64,000 bases of DNA from Paraspadella gotoi (lineage: Eukaryota; Animalia; Chaetognatha), in NCBI GenBank assembly GCA_051294375.1, contig CM119268.1:18430005-18494004 (forward strand), in the 5' to 3' direction. The translations under genes and the position numbers were made by a program. How positions within the stretch are numbered: the first letter of the stretch is position 1; every line of letters starts with the position of its first letter. Below the pieces are notes generated by a model, which was given only the letters and a program-made list of their open reading frames with translations, searched no databases and had not been told where the DNA came from. Shown one piece after another: positions 43,958 through 55,072 of this stretch.

Positions 43958-44629
43958 CGTTGTACCCGCAGCTGCCGCGACGTGGAAAATCGCCAGCTTC
44001 TTCTGTGGAAGTGGCCGCTGAGGGACGCTGGCGTATTTTCGAGTTTTTCGATGGCAAATGGTGGGTGATGTTTGAATGAATGAAAAGGAACCGAGAAGAT
44101 GAGATTAAAAGGGTAAATGGCAAAATTTGTAATGATGCTAAATATGAGGTAAAATAAGCTAAGGATAATAATAATTATGAATATTAACCATTTTTCTGTT
44201 ACATTAATTTTGAAATAATTTTCTTTTTTTCCAGATTCGAAAACCGTAGGAAACCATAATTTCACTCGAACATCGATTGGACTTCGATCTTCAAGTTTTT
44301 CTAACTTTTTACAATTTTAATCCGTTTTACTTCTTTATTATTTTATAGTAATATTTGTTTTTATCTTTCACGTCAATGAAAACAATGTTCATTGTATGCG
44401 ATCGTAAATGACCTTCAGTTTAGATTTCTTAAATTTTAATACAAATAGAATATATTACTTTTACAACAAACGTGCTTTAATTTAAATTCAACTTTTTATA
44501 ATTAGGAATTCTCGGGAGCCTGTCATCCTATTATATATTAGCTACAAATAGTATGTAATACATTTCTCAAAGCCAAACAAGAGGGGAGATTTAAAGATGG
44601 ACCTGAAGAGACAGTAATTATTGTTATGT

Positions 44630-44760
44630 GTTAGTGACAGAACCGTTCAATATAAACAGTCCCTGAGCTTCAGATCAGGCTGTAACACCGTGTTACAGGC
44701 GGGTTAAGGGCCCCGTCCCTCTTAACTACTAGGCGACCACCGGGCTAGAACCGCTGATGG
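44630..44760 (+). repeat. Dispersed repeat with internal palindrome ctgtaacaccgtgttacag (related copies at about 28150-28260 and, inverted, 38060-38150)
   Basis: Shared 'tagtgacagaaccgttcaatat...tcag.ctgtaacaccgtgttacaggcgggtt....gccccgtc'. Confidence 0.7.
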
Positions 44761-45969
44761 ATCTTAGTCCACCATAGACCTTTCCATCACGAGTGCAAAG
44801 TCGATACGTGTCGTCGAATCTTGGCCTCGATCAGGACACGAGGATCTCGAAGTTCAAAACCCACGCTTTTCCGTTAATATTGCCGCGTTATGTTCCACTT
44901 TTTCCGCATCCCGTCCTTTACCTTTCCGCACGCCCCTGGATAGGAGGAAAAGGCTGATTCCCTCCACAAAGCCGGGGGACACGGAAAAAGATCAAAATTT
45001 TTATGAAAAAATATAAGAAATAACAGCTCTGAATTTCGTAAAATATTTTTGTAACAGTTGAAAATCTTAGATACAAACATAAGACAATAATATTAATAAT
45101 AATGTTTGGGTACTTTTAAAAATATTTCAGTTAAATTGTAAGGCGTGTATGAGCTTGACTTTCAGGAGGGTCTGGGGGGGGGGGCTATTTCTCTACACGG
45201 CGCTGCTCCTCTCCCGTTCCTATCAATTCTTTTTCTTGGACTCAAAAGACGCTCTCCTTCTTCCCACTTCCTTTCCTTTCCCCTTCCGCGCGGGGGAGGG
45301 GAGAAAGAGTTCCTCGAAGGAGTGAAGGGGCGGGGGAAAATGGGACGAGACCTCCTTGGGGGTTTCGATCCCGCCCAACTCTTTTCCTCGATCTCTCGAA
45401 GAAGATAAATGGACGAGGGACGCTAGAGACGTGACGGGTAACTTACAGCGGGATCCCCTTTTTTTTTCCAAGGAGAGAAATGCATCCAACGAATGAATAA
45501 AAACTAGAAGTATATTAGCCATTTACTTGTATTTGTAGACAAATATTTTTATGTAAACTCCAAAACAAAGTTCAATTAAAATAAAGAGGGAGATATAGAA
45601 ACTAGTTCTTTCATGCGATGTAAAAAAAACGCAAAGATTTTTAAATTACAAATTTAAATACTTGTAATAGGTTCGTTTTCAATTTAATCGAAAAATACGA
45701 AACTATCCCCAGAAATTCTAATTAAAGCTAAAAGAAAAACCGACGCTTTCCTCGTCGTATTTAGAAAAACCTTTAAAGAGTTAACCATACCGACTACTTC
45801 TTTATTTTTTTTTCTCGACGTCACAGCTCAACTTGATCTTTTTTTTACCGGCCAGTTTTATAGGAAAGAGAGAAGCGGCAGGGTGGAAGCGAAAGGAAGA
45901 TTCTGTGAGAAGAGGACGTCACCGAACGGCGCGCGGGGAGGCCGAGACGCGCCCCCGTGGGAAGCGGAA

Positions 45970-46706
45970 ATGCCGCGTCTCGCGGTGACGGCGACGCCTG
46001 GACCGGGAATCGCGAAACAGACACCGAGCGTCATCGCTTTGATAGGTTGTGTGGGAGTTGAGCGGAATTGAGTTGGGGTTGGAGTGGATTGGGAAGAGGG
46101 TGTGAAGTGGATTTGTGGTGTGGTGGGAGATTGGGAAGAGGGTGTTTGACATTTGAGAGTGGGGAAACGAAGAGTAGATAAAGTTGCAGTGTACAAAACT
46201 GGTGCACAATATCTGAAACGAGCCTCAATGCTTTCATGATTCACTCACGGGGGAATTGTTCTACTAAAAATTAAATATAAAAAAATGAACATTAGTAAAT
46301 ACTGACTGACCGACTAGCATCTTTCTAAGTGGCGTTGTCGTCGTCCAAATTAAAATTCTCGTCTGTTTAGTCGACGATGTTGAATTCGCTCATGGAACAT
46401 TCGGTAGCGTCTACAAGGCGAAGCTCGAACCCAACATGGAAATCGTCGCCGTTAAGAAAGTTCTTCAAGAAAGGCACTACAGGTGGGAAAAGAAAATGGG
46501 AAAATTATATATTTAATACAATTTAATACAATTCTGTACTGAATAAATATTCCTTCTAACAGGAACCGTGAACTGAGCATCATCCGAATGCTCTACCATC
46601 AAAACATAGTCGAGTTGAAATATTACTTTTACGAGGAAACTCCAGATAAAGAACTTTACTTGCATCTCGTTATGGAGTACGTGCCTGACTGTCTTTACAG
46701 GTGTGG

Positions 46707-46762
<56 letters not shown>

Positions 46763-48993
46763 CAAACCTCTGACCAAACATTGAAAGGGTCCTCCGCCGT
46801 CTGACTCACCAACGACGCTACATGCCTCTGCTCTACGTGAGACTCGTTCTTTATCAACTGCTGAGGGCGCTCGCTTTCATTCACCAGCTTCGCATCTGTC
46901 ACAGGTACGCGCGCGTGAGAGCGTGATTCGAAGTCGCGTGATCAAAGTTTTGAATAAAACATATAAAATGTGAAAATAAGTTATATTTTAACTGTTTTTA
47001 CAAAAAATAAAAAAACTGAAATGAGTCCATAAACCGCACATTGCTCATTTGTACTTTATTTTCCTCCGTCTCATTAATCATTCGCACTTCAATTCCGGTT
47101 TTTATGTTTTAGCCTCGGGATTTGTTTACAACTTCATTTTCCGCGTCTTTCTCGTTTATCATAACAAACGACAAGTTGGGCAAATGAAAAGAGAGAAAGA
47201 GAGATCCCCTTGTTTACGAGAGAAGTTTATTAGTTTAAGCCTTGAAGTGCATTAATTTTCGAGAATATTTAATTTTTTTTATTCCCTTCGCATTTTTAAA
47301 ACCCAATCTCTCCTTTATTCTCACTTTCTCACTAACTCTCACAACCTCACAATTTATTTTCTCAGAGACATCAAACCTCACAACGTGCTCCTCAACGCGG
47401 AGACGGCCGTACTCAAGCTCTGCGACTTTGGCAGTTCAAAGATCATTACATCCGGGGAGACGAACGTCTCTTACATCTGCTCCAGATTTTATCGGTCGCC
47501 GGAGGTTGATTTTTATTTGGAAAATTATCTTTTATTTACGAGTAAAGTAGTTTTTTATACTAGGAATAATCAATAATTAAACTTAACGTTACTTTTGATT
47601 GTCCCTAGTTTATGTAATCATAGCCAATGAATGATGTTATTTATTATTGTTTTGAATCAGTTCTTTTTAAAAAAGGAGATAAGTTTAAGGAGAAATAATG
47701 ATTTATCTCAAACTCAATGTTCTACAAATACATTTCCGTTAAACAACAAAATTTTTTCTACTAATCCTCCAATCCACACCCCCATTTGTACTTTCTCTTT
47801 CTCTTTCTCTTTCCACTTTCCACTTTCTCCTCCACAGTGTATTTTCGGTCAGACTGAGTACGACACCTCCATCGACATCTGGGCGACGGGTTGCATCTTC
47901 GGCGAACTTTTAAACGGCGCCGTCATGTTCATCGGCAGCAATCGAGCGGATCAGATCGCTCAGATCATCAAGATCCTTGGTTGGAGGATCTCTCACTCAA
48001 TCAATCAATCAATCAATACAATGGAACTCATAAAATGAATCGATGATATCAATCCTTAAAGAAAATTAAGCAAATCGATGTATAAATCACAATAATCAAT
48101 CTGTCAATCAATCAATCTATCAATCAATAAATTATCGAGGCAATCAAATTATTTTTCCGCTACCGAGGCACGCCCACCCAAGAAGAGTTGATCGCCATGA
48201 ATCCCGACTACAGCGAATTGGAGCTTCCACGCGTTCCTCAACGACCCTGGGAGGGCTACTTCAACGATCACGTTCCGGGTGACGAAACAAAAAAATTTAT
48301 TCATGATTATCAATTTGGATTACCTTTTTAATTGTCATCCGATGCTATTACCTAGATCATCAATTAGATAGCTACTTTACCCTCCCCCCGCCAAAGTTGT
48401 GTCAGTTTTGCCTCCTTATTCCTCCTCCTCCTCTACCTCCTCCACCTCCTCCTCCGCCTCCTTCAGTCGACGCCATCGACCTCATCTCCAAGATGCTCCA
48501 ATACACACCCAACTTCCGACCGACCGCCTACGAGGCGCTCGCCCACGACTTTTTTCTGCCGATAAAGTCAGTTGATGGAAGAAGGGGAGGGGAAAGAGGG
48601 AGAGAAAGGGAGGAAAGAGGGGGAAAAGAGTGAAGGAAGAAAGTTAGGAAAGAGAAGAAAAGAGGAAAAAGCTCTGAAATAGAGTAAAATAATGGAAAGA
48701 AGAAAGTAAAAAATTAAAAAGAGCAAAACTAGGAAGTCAAGAAAAAAAGAAAAAAATTAAAATGAGGAAGAAATGAAAAGAGGGGAAAAAGATAAAGGTT
48801 GAAGTGAAGAATAAAGGAAAAAAATGAAAAAGGATTAAGCGAGGAAAAGAAGATAAAAAGTAAAATAAGGAAAAAGGTAAAAGAGAAAAAAAGGAGGAAG
48901 CCAAGAAACGAAAAAAAAAGGAAACGGAGCAAGCCAGGAAAAGAAGAAAAATAGGAAAAGAATAAAGCGATGATATAAAAGTAAAAGAAAAAT

Positions 48994-49043
<50 letters not shown>

Positions 49044-49240
49044 ACACGCACTCCAATCTCTCCGTCCCCATCTCCTCATCATCTTACAGAGAGCCAGGGA
49101 AATCCCTGCCGGAGGGCGGGTCCCTCCCCCCGCTCTTCGACTGGACCTCGCAAGAGTTGGAGGCGATGCCGCCGTCCGTGAGGGAGAAGTTGATGAGTCG
49201 AAGCCTTCGCGCCGAAAACTCCGCCAGTCGAGTCACGTGA
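45970..49240 (+). CDS. GSK3: Glycogen synthase kinase-3 family Ser/Thr kinase (divergent), at least 9 exons
   Basis: Exons (45864 or ATG 45970)-46045, 46371-46482, 46563-46700, 46788-46904, 47366-47504, 47838-47979, 48168-48278, 48467-48566, 49090-49240, in phase. Motifs: [85 protein letters not shown]. True start uncertain. Confidence 0.93.
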
Positions 49241-49502
49241 CTGGTTTGGCTCACGTGACTTTGGGGAGAAATTGAACCGAGATAAAAGGCGGTGAAGTGG
49301 AATCCTTTGTGTGAGTGTGGAGTAAAGATGAAGTGAAATGTGAAGGGTAGAGATAAATGAAGAACGAAGGAAAGAAGTGACCATGACGACTTTCGTGAAA
49401 TTTGTTTTCTTTTTGCGAAGAAAGGAAATATATTGTGAATGATACGTATGCGAAATTAATTGATTCACTTANNNNNNNNNNNNNNNNNNNNNNNNNAGAG
49501 GC

Positions 49503-50317
49503 ACTTTGTCAGATCTTTTTTTTTTGCCAGCTGTCCGACTTTTTATTGCCAGCCGTTATTCGTGCCATTCGCCGGTCGCCACCTTCGCCATTACAGGGGA
49601 GATAATCATAATGACTCCCACGCCTTCTTGGGGAACTTCTCACCCATCAATGCCTCGTCCCTTGCGGGGGCCTCAAATGGACCAAAATGTTTAATTGATA
49701 AAATATGATGAAATATAAACCAAAAAAAAAAAAAAAAAAAAAATAATAATAATAATAATAATAATAATATAATAATAATATAATAATAATAATAATATAA
49801 TAATAATAATAATAATAATAATAAAGAATGAATTGTTTTATATTGGTTGTACCGATTTCCTTACAAAACTCTTACAATCTTCCACTTCTCAAAACTTTTC
49901 TCATCAACAGTCACATCTCTCTCTGCCTCTCCACCCGAGTCCACCCTCAACCACTTTCTCCCACAAAGTCCAACCTCAACCACCTTCTCCTACCTTCAAC
50001 CCCTCGCCCTCTCGCCTGAAGGAGAAGTTTCGTCGGAATCAAAGTTTCACGAGTTTTTTGGAATCTCGTTGTTGAGGTCGAGAACTCGAGGTCGCTGAGT
50101 GAGAGGCGGAAGCGCAGAAACGAAAAACAATCTCTTCAAGGATAAATTTGTCACATCGAAGTCTAATATCAAATATATTTTTAATTATTCCTGTACATGC
50201 GATTCGAAATATACTACTAATAAATTTCTTCTTCGTTATAACTGATTATCGTGTATCATTACAGAAAAAATGTCATAATAGTTATTATATCATAATAGTA
50301 AATAACTTATATCTTAT

Positions 50318-50411
<94 letters not shown>

Positions 50412-50973
50412 GTCACGGCTGGACTACCGATTAACTTAAATCATGAGAGAGAGAGAGAGAGAGCATAATATATAAGTTATTTACTATTATATGATATAAT
50501 AACTATTATGACATTTTTTTCTGTATGATAACACGATAATCAGTTATAACGAAGAAGAAATTTATTAGTAGTATATTTCGAATCGCATGTACAGGAATAA
50601 ATTAAAAATATATTTGATATTAGACTTCGATGTGACAAATTTATCCTTGAAGAGATTGTTTTTTCGTTTCTGCGCTTCCGCCTTCAACTCAGCGACCCTC
50701 GAGTTCTCGACCTCAACGAACGAGATTCCAAAAAAACTCGTGAAACTTTGATTCCGACGAAACTTCTCCTTCAGGGCGAGAGGGCGAGGGTTGTTGAAGG
50801 TAGGAGAAGGTGGTTGAGGTTGGACTTTGGTGGGAGAAAGTGGTTGAGGGTGGACTCGGGTGGGAGAGGCAGAGAGAGATGTGACTGTTGATGAGAAAAG
50901 TTTTGAGAAGTTGGGAAAGATTGTAAGAGTTTTGTAAGGAAATCGGTACAACCAATATAAAAACAATTCATTC

Positions 50974-51006
<33 letters not shown>

Positions 51007-51222
51007 NNNNNNNNNNATATTTTATCAATTAAACATTTTGTCCATTTGAGGCCCCCCGCAAGGGGACGAGGCATTGATGGGTGAGAAGTTCCCCAAGAAG
51101 GCGTGGGAGTCATTATGATTATCTCCCCTGTAATGGCGAAGGTGGCGACCGGCGAATGGCACGAATAACGGCTGGCAATAAAAAGTCGGACAGCTGGCAA
51201 AAAAAAAAGATCTGACAAAGTG
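49503..51222. repeat. Inverted repeat 4 (arms about 0.85 kb, loop about 50410-50444 between (TC)n and (GA)n)
   Basis: 'cactttgtcagatctttttttttgccagctgtccg' (49502) is the reverse complement of about 51187-51222; 'ttatatcttatgctctctc' pairs with 'gagagcataatatataag'. Begins right after an N-gap. Confidence 0.93.
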
Positions 51223-51838
51223 ACAGTGATAGTGACAGTGATAGTGACAGTGATAGAAATTGGTACTGACAATTATGGTGTCGTTGAATGACAATGGTCG
51301 CCTTATTATTCTCGTTCGTAGTAAAAAAAGTAGCATCGACTTAGAAAAGTACTGGTTTGGCGGAGGAGGGGGGGAGGGGGAGGGTCAGCGGTGGGGGTAG
51401 ATGACTGAGAGAAGGAAGATGAACTCGCAGGGTTTAGGGGTGAGAGAAGTTGAGGGGGTTGAGGAGGTTTAGGGGGTGAAGTGTGGCAAAAGAACAACAC
51501 TCTCTCTAGGAAGGACCGCAGGAACCATTCGAGCAAATGACTCTGAAAGATAAATGAATGGAGGCTAAACAGCAGAGACCTGGCGCGTTGCAGAGAGAGA
51601 GAGAGAGAGAGAGAATGAGCGTCCGTGTTTTCGTATTTTTCTCCTCTTTCATTATTTCTTTTTCTTTTTCTTCTCTTGTTCCTTTCTATTTTCGTGCCTT
51701 CCTTTCTCACGAGGCGTCGTTTTCTTTTTTTTTTTTTATTTTTTGCTCTTTTCTTTATCTCGTTTTTTTCCTCTTCATTATTTCTCATTCTCGCCGCCGC
51801 CGCCGCCTTTCTGTTTTCTCTCTCTCTCTCTTCTCTCT

Positions 51839-51902
<64 letters not shown>

Positions 51903-52455
51903 ACTCTGCCATCTCCGGCCAAAAGGAAGGCTTTTCCACTTTTTCTGCGTACCTACCATATTCCTCTTCTATCCCCCCTACCTACTTACATCCTACTACC
52001 TTACACTCCCTCCCCCTCCTAAAACCTTTCCCACGTTCCTTTCCTTTGCTCGTTCGAGGCAGCCGACTCAAAGTTAACCGCGGAATACAAAAGAGACCCG
52101 GAAACCATAAAAGTTTCGTGATGAACTGCCGAGAGCGAGAATCCTGGTGGTGCATAAAATTCAGATAAAGTTCTTACCTCCCCCCCCTCCCTTTTTTTTT
52201 GCGTTTCTTACGTTATAATCTGGAACAACGCGGGCGACGAACCGCCCCTAGCAGTTCCTATGTTTTGGTTGTTGTTTTATTTTTTTTTTTTTTACAACAA
52301 GGATAGGTAATTGGTAAAAAAAGAAAGTATATATTAGATTAGGTGAAATTTACAAATTACAAAGTTACATAAAAGAAAATAAATGAAGCATCATAACTTC
52401 TTTTTTTTTAATTTCTATTTCGGTTTTCAACCGCTTTCGTTTTGCGAGTAAACAA

Positions 52456-52594
<139 letters not shown>

Positions 52595-53184
52595 TCTCTC
52601 TTTAATCTTCCCCCTTTCCACTTTTTTTCTCCCGCCTTCGCCCTTTGTTCATCTGTTTATCTGTTTATCTCCGACGTTTTGTCGACAGAGGCGCCACCGC
52701 CGCCTCCCGTGTTTTTTGTTTGCATCGATCTCTTGACCTTCGCTTATTGACTCGACTGGTCGTCGCGACTCGATCTCTAAATCAACATCGTTGCAAGTTT
52801 CTCACTTGACATTTCGACTGTTGTAGCTGTTTGACTGTTGCGATTCACGAGATGTTCTTGTATTTTGTTGTCAAAAGTAAACAAAGAATAAAACCACACT
52901 TTGTGCGTTCAACATTGTTTAATAAACAATCGTCTCGATAATATTAAGTAAACAAACTAAGCGAACAATTTAATGGTGATGAGGATTATAAAAATTATTG
53001 ATGAATTTAAAAAAAAAATTAAATAATTTCAAACCAGTAGATGAACCGACAGGGAATCTTTCACACTGAATTGACATTTTCTTTTATCCGAGTTCATCTT
53101 TCTCGACTCGTTTACCGAATTCCTTTTCCGTTTTCGCCATCGATTAACTTTTTACTCCGTTTTAATCCTCGACATCTCGCGTCC

Positions 53185-53400
53185 AAGCCATCTCTGCTAC
53201 GTGCCATCTCGGCTACGCGCCATCTCTGCTACGTGCCATCTCGGCAACGCGCCATCTCTGCTACGTGCCATCTCGGCTTCACGCCATTTCTGCTACGTGC
53301 CATCTCGGTTTCGCACTGTCTCTGCTACGGTCCATCTTGGCTACGCACTGTCTCTGCTACGTGCCATCTCTGCTTCACGCCATCGCTTCCCCGCGCCATC
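53185..53400 (+). repeat. Minisatellite, about 10 imperfect 18-22-bp units 'ccatctctgctacgtg', just upstream of the secreted-protein gene
   Basis: Read directly from the sequence. Confidence 0.8.
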
Positions 53401-53456
53401 AATGATCTTCGCTTTAGTCAGTCTATCGATGCTAGTCCATTCCTCAACCGCCGAGC

Positions 53457-53613
53457 ATGCTCGCTTCCGTAACTACTGCGTCTTTTGTCTTGGCTTCGTT
53501 GTCGATGGTGACGACTATCGGGGAAAAAGTGATCACCATCAAGGAGAAAGATCTTTTTCAACCTCCTGGCCTGACTGGTAAAGGACGTGGATAGCTCATC
53601 TTCTCTTTCATTT

Positions 53614-53645
<32 letters not shown>

Positions 53646-54944
53646 AAATTTTTCTCGAAATAGTTCCTGTTTAGTGTTTACACTCCCCAAACGATTAAAA
53701 CTTTTTCTTTCCTTCCTTTTCCTCCCTCCCTTAGGCTTGATTCCCCCCAAGAATTGCATGTCTTGTATCTCTCCGCGACCGATTTGCGACTTTCCCGGTT
53801 CCGACGAACTACTTTTTCAGCATCCGGCATTGGACACGTGGGAGAAGTTAAAGAATTATCAGTATAACGTCGAGGTGGACAACACGAGGTTTCAAGGTGT
53901 AAGAGAAAAACGCATTAGGAATGAGAAAGTTTGTCAGGGGAATGATTAACAGGATCCATGTTTTACTTATCTTTATAGTCACATCAAAATTTTTACAATG
54001 TAATGTAATTTAAAAAATGATAGAACGTAAAACATGTCAATAAAATCAGAAGACAGGAGTAAAATTACAAGAAATAATAATAAATTTATTTCATTATTTC
54101 AAATGAATTAATATTCTAAGCAACAAAAGACAAAGTTTAAAATCAAACCATCTAAATTGTACCTTATCAAAGGGATGCGTCTTATGCCTTTTGCGGAAGC
54201 TAAAACGCTAGGAGTCGGAAATCCAACAGTAGATAGGTAAATAAGATGGGGCAGTGACAGAAACAATTTATTCATAATTAAAAATTCTAAATAAGGAATA
54301 TAAAAATAAAAAAAACATAGGTCACTGAGAATCTTAATTCATTGACGTATAGTATTATGGTTAAAAGATGGTAATTTAGTAACTCGAGGCTAAATGAAGC
54401 TCTTCTCTCCTATGTTATTTGTCCTTGACATCGACCCCTTAAACCCCCTCTCCCCTTCTTCTCCCCGCCCTAGTTCAACCCCCATCCACTTTCGTCTCTG
54501 CTTTCCCAATTCCGTGGACACCGACGCTGCCGGGTTGGACCGGCGCGTTCGGGTCACGGCGTCATTCCGTCCGATGGAACCCTACAACAAAGTCGCCGGG
54601 TTCGATCCTCTGGCCGGCGCCGGAAAGCGGCGCCTCGACGATAAGGATCGAGCGGCGCTCTGCGACGTCGAGGAGCAATGTCAGGTGTTGAAGGTAAGGC
54701 TTAGAATGGGAAGCGTCCTTTTGAATTAATTATTTAGTTATTTATTGTATTAGTTATATGTTAGTTATATATTAGTTATATATATATATATTTTTTTTAA
54801 ATTTATATATTAAACAAAAGTCCGACATAATGTATCCGCTCAATAACTTCTCTGCTTCGCTTTCTCACGTAATTTTCTCATCAGCTTTGGAAGGCAAATA
54901 ATAGTGATAGAGAAAAGAGAAAAGCTACTAACTTCATAAAATGA
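53457..54944 (+). CDS. Predicted secreted protein of unknown family, 5 exons, 208 aa, 6 Cys, internal G-KRR site
   Basis: Exons 53457-53577, 53735-53896, 54173-54236, 54474-54693, 54885-54944; all four introns are GT-AG with matching phases (627 nt). N-terminus MLASVTTASFVLASLSMVTTIG is signal-like; contains NCMSCISPRPIC and AGFDPLAGAGKRR. Confidence 0.7.
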
Positions 54945-55072
54945 CACGGCATGAAAAATTGTTAACAAGATAAGATAGATTTGTATGGAATATTACTATA
55001 AGGTTTCACCAAAATTTAGTCAAATTACAAGACGTCTGTGATTAATTTGTGGGAACGACAAGGTAATTGTCC

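Noticed and set aside
50580-52160. Possible minus-strand exons between GSK3 and the secreted-protein gene
   Set aside because: No consistent reading frame or recognisable domain; partly within the fold-back repeat.
53402-53581. Alternative start MIFALVSLSML... for the secreted protein
   Set aside because: That frame is out of phase with the next exon at the 53577 donor; the ATG at 53457 fits.
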